Origin: an uncultured Gammaproteobacteria bacterium
Lineage (GTDB): Bacteria > Patescibacteriota > Microgenomatia > Daviesbacterales > UBA10151
Assembly (NCBI GenBank): GCA_964500725.1
Contig: CAZCNP010000001.1
Location: forward strand, 138,950-202,949
Direction of reading: 5' to 3'
Length of the DNA stretch: 64,000 nt
Position numbers and translations under genes: made by a program. Within the stretch, counting starts at the first letter, position 1, and each line of letters opens with the position of its first letter. Shown here piece by piece: positions 19,914 to 30,883 of the stretch. The notes under the pieces were generated by a model. The model had not been told where the DNA came from. It saw only the letters and a program-made list of their open reading frames with translations, and made no database searches.

Positions 19914-20635
19914 GAAAAAAATGTACAATGTATAATTTACAATTTACAATTAAGCTCATTTTGCTGCTCTTTACATTTTACATTTTACATTTTACATTTT
20001 ACATTTCGAGTGCTTCAGCACTCGACTCTACTCCTTCTGCTGATATTAGAGCCAAGCTGGAGGAGCTCAAAAAAGAAATTGCATCAAAAGCTGCTAAATT
20101 GAAACAGGAAGTCAACCGAAAATTAAGAGATAAAGCTTATACAGGAACAGTAAAATCTGCTTCAGAAACTACTTTAACTTTAGCAGCCTCATCTGGACCC
20201 AAAGTAATCAATATAAATCAAGATACCCTTTTTGAAAATGAAACAAAAAGCAAGAAGAAATTTACCAGCTGGGAAAGCATTTCCCAGGAAGATTATTTAG
20301 CAGCTTTAGGGGATATTGATGAAACAGGAGTATTAACAGCCAAAAAAATTATCCTGCTTCCACCTACTATAGAATCTAAAACTTTTCTGTGGGGCAAAAT
20401 TGTCTCTATCTCTGATGAGCTTGTAACTTTAAAAAGCAAAGATTCTAAAAATATTGCTGCATCTTTACCAGATTTATCAGAGGTTAAACTTAATGATTTT
20501 GTTATCCTCACCGGCGCTTTTAATAAAAACGAGCTTTTTGAGACAGAATTTGTATATGTTATCCCCCAAGGTGGAGTTATTAGACCTAAAAAAGTAGCCA
20601 CCCCTTCAGCTTCTCTTAAACCAGCTTCTCGTTAG
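19910..20635 (+). CDS. Hypothetical secreted protein
   Basis: Signal peptide (ASA) partly encoded by a TTTTACA heptamer run; coiled coil plus beta domains. Confidence 0.65.
   Translation: MRKKCTMYNLQFTIKLILLLFTFYILHFTFYISSASALDSTPSADIRAKLEELKKEIASKAAKLKQEVNRKLRDKAYTGTVKSASETTLTLAASSGPKVININQDTLFENETKSKKKFTSWESISQEDYLAALGDIDETGVLTAKKIILLPPTIESKTFLWGKIVSISDELVTLKSKDSKNIAASLPDLSEVKLNDFVILTGAFNKNELFETEFVYVIPQGGVIRPKKVATPSASLKPASR
19920..20006 (+). repeat. Heptamer tandem repeats (TTTACAA/TTTTACA) inside a coding region
   Basis: ttacattttacattttacattttacattttacattt encodes FTFYILHFTFYI. Confidence 0.8.
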
Positions 20636-21698
20636 GAGTTCCTGCTAAACCTTCAACGTACTTTTTAATCTTAGGCACAGAACTCTTTGGACAAACCAAA
20701 AGCACATCTCCCATATTTATAACAAGCATCCCTTCTAAATCTATACCCACTGTAAGCTGACCATTATAATTAAAAACTAAATTATCCTTTGAATCAACAA
20801 GCTCAACATTACCTTTAGTAACATTTTCATCCTCAGTTCCAGCTAAAGCTTCTTTCAAAGCCTCCCAGGCCCCAATATCACTCCAGCCTATATCAACTGA
20901 TAAAACCATTCCATCTGAGGGATCGATCTTTTCTAAAATTGCATTATCAAAGGATATTTTTGCTATTGTGGGATAAACCTCGTTTAATACTTTCTCATAG
21001 TCCTCAGTCTCAACAGCATCTGAAATTTGTTTTAGTTTCCCAAATAAATCAGGGGCAAATTTTTCATACATATTCCATAAGAATTTAGGAGTGGTGACAA
21101 AATAACCTAAATTCCAGGCATGTTTACCATCTTCTAAAAACTTGTTTGCTGTCTGCTCATCAGGCCTGTATTTAAAGGCTTTAAATTCATAAACAGAGGT
21201 TTCCTCTTCTTTTTTTATCTCATCACCAAATTCAATATATCCTAAATTCACACTGGCAAATCTAGGCTTTTGCCCTACAAAAACAATTTTTTGGGGATCC
21301 TGTTCAATTAACTTCCCTGCAGTTTTTAAAGCATTTCTAAACTCTTCTTCTTTTTTAATTAAGTGGTCCCCCCATAAAATAGCTATCTCTTCTTTAGGTA
21401 ACTTTTTTATAAAGTTGGCAATAGTAAGACCTACAGCTGGACCTACATCACGCATGCAAGGCTCAAAAATTAAGTTTTCCTCAGGAATTTGAGGAAATTG
21501 ATCTTTAAGTATGTCTTTATATTGAGCATTGGTGGAGATATAAATATCATTCCAGGAAAAATCTGGTAAAACTTTGGCAATAGAAATTTGAAGCATTGAT
21601 TTATTATCAACAATCTTTTCAAACTGTTTAGGGGTATTTTTTCTTGAGAGCGGCCAAAGCCTTGTTCCTACTCCCCCTGCAAAAACTACAATTTTCAT
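20616..21698 (-). CDS. manC: Mannose-1-phosphate guanylyltransferase
   Basis: AGGVGTRLWPLSRKNTPKQF, EP..RD.GPA, GYIE, WSDIGAW. Confidence 0.85.
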   Translation of the reverse strand: MKIVVFAGGVGTRLWPLSRKNTPKQFEKIVDNKSMLQISIAKVLPDFSWNDIYISTNAQYKDILKDQFPQIPEENLIFEPCMRDVGPAVGLTIANFIKKLPKEEIAILWGDHLIKKEEEFRNALKTAGKLIEQDPQKIVFVGQKPRFASVNLGYIEFGDEIKKEEETSVYEFKAFKYRPDEQTANKFLEDGKHAWNLGYFVTTPKFLWNMYEKFAPDLFGKLKQISDAVETEDYEKVLNEVYPTIAKISFDNAILEKIDPSDGMVLSVDIGWSDIGAWEALKEALAGTEDENVTKGNVELVDSKDNLVFNYNGQLTVGIDLEGMLVINMGDVLLVCPKSSVPKIKKYVEGLAGTPNEKLV

Positions 21699-21827
21699 AA
21701 TTACAAATAATTTTTCCTTAAACTCTAAAATGAAAATAGTCAACGTCTATTTTCATCCCCTTTAATATACCATAACTTTTATAGTTCTTCGAGCAATTAA
21801 GCAGGAATCTTTATAGGGAATTAGTGA

Positions 21828-22541
21828 CTATTTTCCTCTCTCTGCGATGTCTGCTATTGCAAAATTGCTGTCAAAATAAGACCTGAAGAAAATATCAACT
21901 TTATCCCCTAGTGGCTCATCCTGACCTTCTACTACCACCAGTGCATCTGCTTTTCTATAACCTACTAGCATACAAAACCTGGAAAGTCCTCTCAATGATT
22001 CATCCAAAATTCTGTTACTAGGCATGTTATCTGTGTAGGGATCCCATGATTCTGTTGCTGGTGGAGTAAATAGAGTTGGCACCATTAAACATTCTGGATT
22101 AATTCCCAAATACCCTCGGGGAACACCTTGCTTTTCTACACTCATGAATTTTAATGTTCCCACCAACCTATCCCGAGGGCTAATTTTTTGCAGCTCACCA
22201 GCCAGCTTAACAAGATCAATCCTATCGGAGTATTTCACTACTGCTACTACAGCATTGGGCATGCTTTGTCCGCTTAAAGGTGCATCAGCAGCAAACATAG
22301 ATTTTAGTTGTTCTTCGCGAGCTGTACTTGTTACCAGAGCGCAATAGTTAATGAAATCTTCTCCTGGTGAAACCTTAGCATGATCGGCATAAAGATCAGA
22401 ATAAGAAAAGACCCTTATTCCTAAACCAACTTTTTGAGCAGATTTTACCGCCTCTCTGGCAGGCTTAATAGAATATCCATCTAAAGCTACTTTAGCAATT
22501 CCTGGAGGCGTATTTCTAAAATATTCAAAGTCAACTTTCAT
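21828..22541 (-). CDS. Hypothetical protein
   Basis: 237-aa ORF with TATAAT shortly upstream; no recognised motif. Confidence 0.55.
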   Translation of the reverse strand: MKVDFEYFRNTPPGIAKVALDGYSIKPAREAVKSAQKVGLGIRVFSYSDLYADHAKVSPGEDFINYCALVTSTAREEQLKSMFAADAPLSGQSMPNAVVAVVKYSDRIDLVKLAGELQKISPRDRLVGTLKFMSVEKQGVPRGYLGINPECLMVPTLFTPPATESWDPYTDNMPSNRILDESLRGLSRFCMLVGYRKADALVVVEGQDEPLGDKVDIFFRSYFDSNFAIADIAERGK

Positions 22542-22573
22542 TAGTAGCTAATTATATCCTATATACCCCATAG

Positions 22574-22601
22574 TTGACAAGCTTAAAAATTGTGATATAC
22601 T
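22574..22601 (+). promoter_or_regulatory. Sigma70-type promoter of the T-box/hisS leader
   Basis: TTGACA-N16-TATACT with an extended -10 TG. Confidence 0.7.
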
Positions 22602-22614
22602 AATTACACAACTT

Positions 22615-22858
22615 AATATTTTAAAAGCGTTTGTATAGGAGTCACGATCCTAAAGCTGAGAGCCAAATACTCTACGGAAGTTTAACCGTTAAATAAAACA
22701 GACGATGTTGGAAAACCAAAGTCGCCACTAAGAGTTCTTAGAAAGTAATTTTTAAGAAAAACAGGATGGGACCGCGGGAGGTCCTTTTTTAATACAAAAA
22801 AAGATAACTCTCGTTCCTTGTTCATTACATTTGTAGTGGGCAAAGAATGGGAGTTTTT
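22615..22858 (+). promoter_or_regulatory. T-box riboswitch (His)
   Basis: T-box AAAACAGGA-TGGGACC-GCG; antiterminator AGGA/TCCT plus GCGGGAG/CTCTCGT; overlapping terminator 22806-22858; CCGTTA motif; CAC in a hairpin loop; hisS downstream. Confidence 0.8.
22806..22858 (+). terminator. Intrinsic terminator of the T-box leader
   Basis: AACTCTCGTTCCTTGTTCATTACA/TGTAGTGGGCAAAGAATGGGAGTT stem followed by a T run. Confidence 0.75.
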
Positions 22859-22860
22859 AA

Positions 22861-23058
22861 ATGGAAAAATTTAATGGTAGACCATCTATTTCAGAAATAT
22901 TTGACGCTCTTACAAGTGAGGAGACAACTCCTGATTGGGACACTCAAATATTGAGGGAAGCTGATGGCAGGTATGTAGAAAGAATAAGGGATGTTTTAAA
23001 CATAGGCTTACCTTTAGGTGAAGCAAGGATTGCATTAAGAGGCTTAGAAGAAAGATAG
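22861..23058 (+). CDS. Small hypothetical protein between the T-box and hisS
   Basis: 65-aa ORF beginning 2 nt after the terminator. Confidence 0.4.
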   Translation: MEKFNGRPSISEIFDALTSEETTPDWDTQILREADGRYVERIRDVLNIGLPLGEARIALRGLEER

Positions 23059-23113
23059 AAAGAAGGGAATAATTTTACAGTTGCAGCTAAAGTTGTTAAG
23101 ATGGGAGAATATT

Positions 23114-24355
23114 ATGATTAAAGCTCAGACATTAAAAGGATTTAGGGATTTTTTACCTGGTGAGGCCAGGAAAAGACAGTATGTTCAAAATATATTAAAA
23201 AGTGTTTTTGAATCATATGGTTTTGAACCTTTGGAAACCCCTGCTTTGGAGTATGAAGAAATACTTTTGGGCAAATATGGTGAGGAAGGTGATAAGCTAA
23301 TGTACCGTTTTACAGATAATGGAGACAGAAGAGTTGCTTTAAGATATGATCAAACAGTACCCTTGGCAAGAGTGATAGCAGAGTATGGGGATAAACTCCC
23401 TACTCCATTTAAAAGATACCAAATCCAACCTGTCTGGAGAGCTGAAAATACTCAAAAAGGAAGGTTTAGAGAATTTTTACAGTGTGATATAGACACAGTT
23501 GGCTCCAACTCCCCTCTTTCTGATGCAGAAATTATTGCCTGCACAATTCAATCATTAGAAAAATTAGGATTTGAAAATTGCAAAATCCTAGTAAATGACA
23601 GGGTAATCTTTTCCCAGCTTACCACCAAAACTGCTATTACTGAACAACAACTTCCAGCTGTAATAAGAATTTTAGATAAATTAAAAAAGATTGGCAGAGA
23701 AGGAGTAATAAATGAATTAGGAAAGATTGGATTTGGCAGTGAAAGAGCCACAAATATCTTACAAACAGTAGAAACTTATCCTCCTACTCAAAACTTACAA
23801 GCTGTTTTTCAACTTTTAGAACAAATGGGGATATCAAAAGAAAAATATGAATTCTCTCCTACTCTTGCAAGAGGATTAGACTACTACACAGGTTTAATTT
23901 TTGAAGCTGAAATTGAAGGTTACACTGCTGGATCAGTAGCAGGCGGCGGTAGATATGATAAGTTGGTAGGTATGTTCAGCGGTAAAGATATCCCGGCAGT
24001 AGGACTTGCTTATGGATTTGACCGCATAGTTGAGGCTATGACTGAATTAAATCTCTTCCCTGCCGAGCTTTCTACTACAAAAGTTTTAGTAACAGTATTT
24101 TCTCCTGACCTTTTAGATAAATCTTTAGAGGTAAGCTCTCTTTTGCGTTCAAATAATATAAATACTGAAATCTGGCTAAATACTGAGGCTAAACTAGAAA
24201 AGCAGTTAAAATATGCAGACCAAAAAGGGATACCCTTTGTAATTATCATTGGCTCCGAGGAAGCAAACTCTGGAAAAGTAATGTTAAAAAACCTTAGCAC
24301 CAAAGAGCAGCAAGCTCTAACCCTTGACGAAGTGATAGCAGAACTGTCATCCTAA
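23114..24355 (+). CDS. hisS: Histidyl-tRNA synthetase
   Basis: KGFRDF, LRYDQTVPLAR, GRFREFLQCD, RGLDYYTG, GGGRYD. Confidence 0.96.
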   Translation: MIKAQTLKGFRDFLPGEARKRQYVQNILKSVFESYGFEPLETPALEYEEILLGKYGEEGDKLMYRFTDNGDRRVALRYDQTVPLARVIAEYGDKLPTPFKRYQIQPVWRAENTQKGRFREFLQCDIDTVGSNSPLSDAEIIACTIQSLEKLGFENCKILVNDRVIFSQLTTKTAITEQQLPAVIRILDKLKKIGREGVINELGKIGFGSERATNILQTVETYPPTQNLQAVFQLLEQMGISKEKYEFSPTLARGLDYYTGLIFEAEIEGYTAGSVAGGGRYDKLVGMFSGKDIPAVGLAYGFDRIVEAMTELNLFPAELSTTKVLVTVFSPDLLDKSLEVSSLLRSNNINTEIWLNTEAKLEKQLKYADQKGIPFVIIIGSEEANSGKVMLKNLSTKEQQALTLDEVIAELSS

Positions 24356-24371
24356 AAAAGAACCCATTTAA

Positions 24372-25310
24372 ATGAGCTCTCAAATTCTCACAAAACCTAT
24401 ACCTTACCTGGCTTTAATCCTTGCTCATCTAATCTGGGGTATTAATTTTATTGTTGCTAAAGTTACTCTGCAGGAGTTTCCCCCAATGAGCCTGGCTTTT
24501 TTAAGATTTGCCCTAGCTTCCCTGCTTTTGGCTCCTTTTTTCCTGGCCCAAACCAAAAAAGTAAAAATTGATAAAGCAGATTTGCCTAAACTTATCACCA
24601 TAGGCCTTTTTGTTATTACTTTAAACATCACCTTTTTCTTTGAAGGCATCAAAAGGACCAGTGTAGTAGATGCTTCAGTTCTAACTCTAATTATCCCAAT
24701 GTTATCTGTGCTTCTAGGCTGGTGGTTTTTAAAAGAAAAGGTATTTCTTGTTAATCTTTTAGGCATAGCTTTAGGTCTTATAGGAGCCCTGGTAATAGTA
24801 GGTCTTCCTCAAGTATTTACTGGTAGTATTTCCTCTCAAACTTTGACAGGTAATTTATTTATTGTATTAGCAGCCACATCCTGGGTAATTGGGGCAACTA
24901 TTTCTAAAAAAGTCTTAAAAAAATACCCTTCTTTGATAGTAACAGCCATAGCTTTTTTAGTTGGGATGATCAGTATGTTCATCCCTGCTGTTATAGAATA
25001 CCTGCAAAATCCCACCTGGGTTTATCAAGTAACAATCTTGGGAATATTAGGTCTAACTTTTATGACCTTACTTTCTTCTATTTCTGCCTATTTCCTTTTT
25101 GAATGGGGTTTGTCCAATACATCAATAATTGTGGCTGACTTGTTCCAGTATATAGAACCATTTATTGCTTCAACCCTGGCAGTTTTGGTCTTGGGAGAGG
25201 TAATTTCCAGCCAATTTATAGCAGGAGGAGCCCTGATTGCAATAGGAGCATATTTAGGCACTCTGGCCAAAGAAGCTCATCATAGGCATCATAAGGCTCA
25301 TAGAGTCTAG
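24372..25310 (+). CDS. EamA/DMT family transporter
   Basis: IWGINF...LRF, about 10 TM helices. Confidence 0.87.
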   Translation: MSSQILTKPIPYLALILAHLIWGINFIVAKVTLQEFPPMSLAFLRFALASLLLAPFFLAQTKKVKIDKADLPKLITIGLFVITLNITFFFEGIKRTSVVDASVLTLIIPMLSVLLGWWFLKEKVFLVNLLGIALGLIGALVIVGLPQVFTGSISSQTLTGNLFIVLAATSWVIGATISKKVLKKYPSLIVTAIAFLVGMISMFIPAVIEYLQNPTWVYQVTILGILGLTFMTLLSSISAYFLFEWGLSNTSIIVADLFQYIEPFIASTLAVLVLGEVISSQFIAGGALIAIGAYLGTLAKEAHHRHHKAHRV

Positions 25311-25345
25311 ACTCTAGCCATTATTTTTGTTATACTATCCTGCAT

Positions 25346-25672
25346 ATGAAAGCTAATATACATCCAACTTGGTATTCAGAGGCAAAAGTAACCTGCGCTT
25401 GTAGTAATACATTTACCACAGGGTCAACATTGCCTGCTATTCGCGTGGAAATCTGCAGCAATTGCCATCCACTTTTTACTGGTCAGCAAAAATTTATTGA
25501 TACTTTAGGCCAAGTAGACAGATTTATCAAAAAAACTGAAACTTCTAAAGTAAAACAGGAAGAAAGAAAGAAAATATTGGAAAATAGAAAATCTAGAGTA
25601 GAAGAAAAGAAAAAAGACAGACCAACCCTAAAAGACCTACTTATGCAGGCCCGCAAACAAGTCTCTTCTTAA
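25346..25672 (+). CDS. rpmE: 50S ribosomal protein L31
   Basis: [23 protein letters not shown]. Confidence 0.95.
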   Translation: MKANIHPTWYSEAKVTCACSNTFTTGSTLPAIRVEICSNCHPLFTGQQKFIDTLGQVDRFIKKTETSKVKQEERKKILENRKSRVEEKKKDRPTLKDLLMQARKQVSS

Positions 25673-25675
25673 ATC

Positions 25676-26656
25676 GTGGATACTAATTACCTAAAAGAAC
25701 AAATTGATCAAATCAGCAAAAGAATCGAAGAAGTCAAACCTCTTTTGCAGGATCCAGAAATGGCTGAACTGGCAGCAGCAGAAATTAAAGAGCTTGAGCA
25801 ACAAAAACGAGCATTAATGTCTACTGACTACAGTCTACCGTCTACTGCAACTGCGGAAGTCGGCAGTCGGAAGTCGGAAGACGGTATTAACCCTAATGTG
25901 GCTATCATGGAAATTAGAAGTGCTGCTGGTGGTGATGAAGCAGGACTATTTGCACAAGACTTAGTTAGAATGTATAGCAGATTTGCCCAAAACTCCGGCT
26001 GGAAAACTGAAGAGTTAGACAGGTCCGAAGGTAAGCTGGGACAAATCAAAGAGTTAGTTTTAAAAATAACAGGCAAAGGCTCGTACACTAACTTAAAGTA
26101 TGAGTCTGGAGTCCATAGGGTCCAAAGAGTGCCTGTAACTGAATCTTCTGGAAGAATTCATACATCAACTGCAACTGTGGCTGTACTACCTCAAGTTACA
26201 GAAGCTCAAGTCTTTATCAATCCTGCAGATATTGAATTTGAAGCTTTTAGATCAGGAGGGGCAGGAGGACAAAATGTTAATAAAGTTTCAACAGCTGTCA
26301 GACTTACTCATAAACCCACTGGCATAATAGTTACCTGCCAAACTGAAAGATCACAATTGCAAAATAGGGAAAATGCTCTGTCTCTTCTTCGTTCAAGAAT
26401 ATGGGAAATTGAACAGCAAAAAGTAGTTGGAGATATTACCCAACAAAGAGCCATCCAAGTTGGGAGCGGTGATAGATCAGAGAAAATCAGAACTTATAAT
26501 TTCCCTCAAAATAGAGTCACAGACCACAGGATTGGTAAATCCTGGCATAACTTGGATAGAATCTTAGAGGGAGATATAACTGCTATATTTGAAGCTCTAC
26601 AGCAGGCAGAACAAGAACTTAAGGATGACAAAGCAACAGCCGACAACCAACCTTGA
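25676..26656 (+). CDS. prfA: Peptide chain release factor 1 (short N-terminus)
   Basis: PVT motif (RVPVTE), GGQ motif, [15 protein letters not shown]. Confidence 0.93.
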   Translation: MDTNYLKEQIDQISKRIEEVKPLLQDPEMAELAAAEIKELEQQKRALMSTDYSLPSTATAEVGSRKSEDGINPNVAIMEIRSAAGGDEAGLFAQDLVRMYSRFAQNSGWKTEELDRSEGKLGQIKELVLKITGKGSYTNLKYESGVHRVQRVPVTESSGRIHTSTATVAVLPQVTEAQVFINPADIEFEAFRSGGAGGQNVNKVSTAVRLTHKPTGIIVTCQTERSQLQNRENALSLLRSRIWEIEQQKVVGDITQQRAIQVGSGDRSEKIRTYNFPQNRVTDHRIGKSWHNLDRILEGDITAIFEALQQAEQELKDDKATADNQP

Positions 26657-27344
26657 GTCTAATACCCCAATCCAATATCAAAAATGTTGGGTTGAATTTT
26701 ACAAACTTAAATTTAAAGTTACCCCTGATGTTTTAATCCCCCGTCCTGAAACAGAACTTTTGGTAGATGAGGTATTAAAAGCAGTTAAGAATACAGAGTT
26801 AAAAGTTAAGAAAAAAATCGTTATCATTGATGTAGGAACAGGAGCTGGAAATATTGCTATTTCTATTGCTAAAAATACTCCCTCTAGTATTAAAATTTTA
26901 GCAAGTGATAAATCTGCTGCTGCTTTAAAAATAGCCCAAAGTAATTCCAAACTAAATGGAGTTGAAAAACAGATAGACTTTATTAATAGTAATTTACTGT
27001 CTAATATCAACTGTAAACTGCCAACTGTAAACTGCCAACTCATTATAGTTACCAACCTCCCGTACATTCCTGCAGCCAGAATTCCCTACTTGGACTCATC
27101 AGTTAAAGATTATGAGCCCCATATTGCTTTAGATGGCGGAGAAGATGGCTTTGAGCTTTATAGAGAACTATTTGCCCAAATTAAACAAAAAAGTCTTAAG
27201 CCTAATTTAATTATTGGAGAAATTGACTATACCCATGGAGAATTAGCTGTCAATGAAGCCCAAAAATATTTTCCTGAAGCTTCAGTTGAAGTTAAAAAAG
27301 ATCTAGCCCATCTGCAAAGGATCTTAACTATTAAAAACTATTGA
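26625..27344 (+). CDS. prmC: Release factor glutamine methyltransferase
   Basis: [28 protein letters not shown]; follows prfA. Confidence 0.9.
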   Translation: MTKQQPTTNLESNTPIQYQKCWVEFYKLKFKVTPDVLIPRPETELLVDEVLKAVKNTELKVKKKIVIIDVGTGAGNIAISIAKNTPSSIKILASDKSAAALKIAQSNSKLNGVEKQIDFINSNLLSNINCKLPTVNCQLIIVTNLPYIPAARIPYLDSSVKDYEPHIALDGGEDGFELYRELFAQIKQKSLKPNLIIGEIDYTHGELAVNEAQKYFPEASVEVKKDLAHLQRILTIKNY

Positions 27345-28465
27345 TTCGGAAGTTCTTGCAAAGTAGCTATTACTGCTCTTTCTTTACCATCATTCCAAAC
27401 TGTCATATTTAGCTTATCTCCTATTTTTTTACTTGTTATAGTTTGGGAAATTTTATTCTCCTCAGTTACTGATTGCCCATCAATTTTGGTAATAATATCT
27501 CCCTCTTGTAAACCAGCCTGATCTGCTGAGGAATCTGGGACTACTTCCTGAATATATGCCCCTTGGGGCACCTCATTCATAATAGCCACATCCCTGGAGA
27601 TAAATCTATATCTAATCCCTAAAACTGGCCTGGAAACAGAACCAGTTTTAATAAACTCATCTGTTATTTTTTTAACCGAATTTATAGGCACTGCAAACCC
27701 AATATTTTGAGCTCCTTCAGTGGTAGCCACATTTACCCCAATTACTTGACCTGCAGAATTTAACAGTGGCCCCCCTGAATTACCAGGATTAATAGCAGCA
27801 TCTGTTTGAATTAAATCATCCAAAGCTTCAGATGAACCTGAAAAAGGATCTCCAGCTACCACTCTTCTGCCAACCCCAGAAACTACTCCTGTTGTCACAG
27901 TATTAGTAAACTTTCCTAAAGCATTTCCTATTGCTATAACTGTTTGGCCTATTTTTAATTTAGAAGAATCTCCTAGTTCTAAAGATTTTAAATCACTGCC
28001 GTCTACCTGCACTACCGCCAAATCTAAAACTGGATCCCTATAAATTTTCCTAATCTCATACTTTTTACCATCCCTGGTAACAACTGAATATTTAACATCT
28101 GTATCTGAAACAACATGTTTATTAGTTACAATAATCCCTTTATCAGAAACTACAAAGCCTGTACCAATGGTGGTATTTTGGCTTCTTGGAACTGAAAAAG
28201 GATCAAAAGGATTAAAAACACGTTGTGTTGCCCCAATTGCTACTACAGATGGTGAAACTTTTTCAGCTACATCAATTACAGCATTCTCTTCTGAAACTAT
28301 TTTTCTTGTTTCTAAGATACCTGGCTGTGGCAACTTATCACTAATTGTCCCAGGAAGCAAACCTCTAACTTGAGCCTGGTATAGCCCAACAGCCACTACC
28401 ACTCCTAAAGCTATGCTAATAACTATTCCAGATAAACTTGGTCTTGGTAATTTTGAATAATCCAT
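27338..28465 (-). CDS. htrA: HtrA/DegP serine protease with PDZ domain
   Basis: TNKHVV, DLAV, IQTDAAINPGNSGGPL, C-terminal PDZ. Confidence 0.9.
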   Translation of the reverse strand: MDYSKLPRPSLSGIVISIALGVVVAVGLYQAQVRGLLPGTISDKLPQPGILETRKIVSEENAVIDVAEKVSPSVVAIGATQRVFNPFDPFSVPRSQNTTIGTGFVVSDKGIIVTNKHVVSDTDVKYSVVTRDGKKYEIRKIYRDPVLDLAVVQVDGSDLKSLELGDSSKLKIGQTVIAIGNALGKFTNTVTTGVVSGVGRRVVAGDPFSGSSEALDDLIQTDAAINPGNSGGPLLNSAGQVIGVNVATTEGAQNIGFAVPINSVKKITDEFIKTGSVSRPVLGIRYRFISRDVAIMNEVPQGAYIQEVVPDSSADQAGLQEGDIITKIDGQSVTEENKISQTITSKKIGDKLNMTVWNDGKERAVIATLQELPNQ

Positions 28466-29703
28466 TATTCCAGCAACTCTACAGCTTTATCCAACTGCGG
28501 GTCTTTGGTTGCATCTTCTTTGTCAGATTCTGTCACCGCAGGTGACTCTATTTTAACATCTGGTTCAAGACCTTGTATATCATTAACCCACCTGCCGTTA
28601 GGTGTTAACCACTTAGCTACAGTAATATGGATGCCTGTTCCTCCTGCTAAATCCTGGGCTTCTTGAATAGTCCCTTTTCCAAATGATTTTTCTCCTACAA
28701 GCTGTGCCCTGTCTCTATCCTGCAAAGCCCCTGCCACAATTTCTGAGGCTGATGCCGAACCTTTATTTATCAAACCAACCATTGGTATATTAATTAATTT
28801 TCCTACCCTGCTAGCTTTAAACGAGGCTTGTACACCCTCATTGTTTTCCTGTAAAACCACATTCCCTCCATTCAAAAATTCTGAGGCAATAAATACTGCG
28901 CCTTCCAAAAACCCGCCCGGGTTGTTTCTTAAATCCAGCACTACAGCATCAGAGTTTGCTGCAAGTAAACTCGAAACAGCCTCTTGCCATTCATCTTCTG
29001 TTCTCTCTCCAAAGCGGGATAATTTAATCACCGCGACTTTTTTACCAGAGGTTGTATCTTTGAAAAACACCTCTACACTTTTTACAATAATTGTATCCCG
29101 GGTAAGTGTAAATGATTTGGTATCTGCATCCCCTTCTCTAAAAATTGTTAGAGTAATATCAGTTCCTTTTGGCCCTCTGATTAAATTGACTGCCTCAGGC
29201 AAAGTAATATTAGCAGTTTCTTTATCATTGATTTTAACAATTTGATCACCAGGGGCAATACCAGCTTTTTGAGCAGGAGTGCCAGAGAGAGGCGCAATCA
29301 CTACTAATCTTTTTTCTTTATTAAATCCGAGCTGAATACCAACTCCTTCAAAGCTGCCATTTAACTCATCTTTAGTAAACTTTTGTTGCTCAGGTGGCAA
29401 AAAAACTGTATACGGATCTCCTAAAGCAGAAACCATCCCAGAGATAGCGCCATAATATAGCTTACTAGGATCTATTGCTTTTTTATCAACATACGAACGG
29501 TATAAAAGATCCCAGGTATCCCAAAATAGCTTAAAATCCAAATTAACCTGCTTAGGAGGCTGTTTATTAACAACAGAAATGGATGGTTTATAGGTAGCCC
29601 ACTTTATTTGGACATCTTTATGACCTAACTGCCACCCTAAAAGAAAAGCAAGTATTACTATTAAAACTGCTCTTGTATTTATTTCTCGGAGGGCTTGCTT
29701 CAT
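28465..29703 (-). CDS. ctpA: Carboxyl-terminal processing protease (S41)
   Basis: DPYT, PDZ, DLRNNPGG, SASASEI, FGKG. Confidence 0.9.
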   Translation of the reverse strand: MKQALREINTRAVLIVILAFLLGWQLGHKDVQIKWATYKPSISVVNKQPPKQVNLDFKLFWDTWDLLYRSYVDKKAIDPSKLYYGAISGMVSALGDPYTVFLPPEQQKFTKDELNGSFEGVGIQLGFNKEKRLVVIAPLSGTPAQKAGIAPGDQIVKINDKETANITLPEAVNLIRGPKGTDITLTIFREGDADTKSFTLTRDTIIVKSVEVFFKDTTSGKKVAVIKLSRFGERTEDEWQEAVSSLLAANSDAVVLDLRNNPGGFLEGAVFIASEFLNGGNVVLQENNEGVQASFKASRVGKLINIPMVGLINKGSASASEIVAGALQDRDRAQLVGEKSFGKGTIQEAQDLAGGTGIHITVAKWLTPNGRWVNDIQGLEPDVKIESPAVTESDKEDATKDPQLDKAVELLE

Positions 29704-29734
29704 AGAGTCCGCTTAGGAAATTACTGTGTAGACT

Positions 29735-30883
29735 TTACACTATTACCTCTAAGTTAGCAACTGGTACCTGGATCTTTTTAAAGCTTGTTTCAACCGTAGC
29801 AAGGTAAGTCTTAATTCCGGATGGCAATAACGTCACCGAGTCATCAATTGCCGCCAATTTACCCTGTCCTCCAAGGTAGTAATTTCCTATAATACGGACT
29901 CTCATCCCTATTGCTAGTTCTGCAACCTGCGCTGCATGATCCATTTCCAAAGTTGATCCGCTACTTTGCAGTGGAGGCAACCTGGTGCTTCTTATTTTTG
30001 TAAGACAGGCTGATAAAGAAGCAGGTAAATTAATTGAGGCTTTATTCCCGTCTAGAAAAACAAACTTACCTTCAAACTCTCTTAACACTTCAAAAATATC
30101 ACTGCCAATAGGTATTGTTCCAAAACCCTCACAAACTACGATGGAAATACCAATATCATTATCCAACTTTTTTGGGAAAACCAAACGTCCACTGGCCATT
30201 GCCTTGTACTCTTTAGCATTTAGACCACCAGAGATTATTCCGCTTACCCCAGATGAAATAGCTGCAGAAATAGTATCTTTAAAAAATAAACTTCCGCCAA
30301 CCAGTATTTGACCATCAAAATTAGTTTGAATAGTAGACTTAGCTATTAAATCATCCCTTTTGCCTAAAATATGTAAAATACCATCTCTCGGCCTGCCAGA
30401 ACCAAACAGTCCATAAATCCTACTAACCTGGGTGCGGATAACAACCAAGCCTTTCTGTTGATCAACTATCTCTACTATCCCATAAACTCCTGCAGGTAAA
30501 TCAAATCTTTTAGGAGAAAGAGAAATTTTGACTTCCCCTGTTTTATTGTTAAAAAAATCTAGGATTCCATCAGTAGGAGAAATTACTGCTTTTTTGCCTC
30601 CAAAGATTCCCCCTTTTTTTAATGCTAATAATTCCCCCTGATAAATCCTTTGGCCAACTGTTTTAATCATCAGCTTTTCTACTTCGTTAGGAGATACAGA
30701 AAGCAAGGTAGACAAATTTAGAGTCCTAAATCCGGAAGTTACTTCGGAACTACCGATAATTTCATCAGGAGTAACTTCTTGTCCAATAGAAACTCTCAAT
30801 ACTCCTTTGCCTTTTAAAGTACGGGTAACATAAGTTACTACATCTTTTTCTATTCTTACTCTGACAGGTACAAAATGTTTCAC
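29735..30883 (-). CDS. Conserved hypothetical protein (barrel-sandwich-hybrid-like N-terminus)
   Basis: 382-aa ORF; V..GQ.V, SPTDG, EGFG, VPVANLE. Confidence 0.6.
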   Translation of the reverse strand: MKHFVPVRVRIEKDVVTYVTRTLKGKGVLRVSIGQEVTPDEIIGSSEVTSGFRTLNLSTLLSVSPNEVEKLMIKTVGQRIYQGELLALKKGGIFGGKKAVISPTDGILDFFNNKTGEVKISLSPKRFDLPAGVYGIVEIVDQQKGLVVIRTQVSRIYGLFGSGRPRDGILHILGKRDDLIAKSTIQTNFDGQILVGGSLFFKDTISAAISSGVSGIISGGLNAKEYKAMASGRLVFPKKLDNDIGISIVVCEGFGTIPIGSDIFEVLREFEGKFVFLDGNKASINLPASLSACLTKIRSTRLPPLQSSGSTLEMDHAAQVAELAIGMRVRIIGNYYLGGQGKLAAIDDSVTLLPSGIKTYLATVETSFKKIQVPVANLEVIV

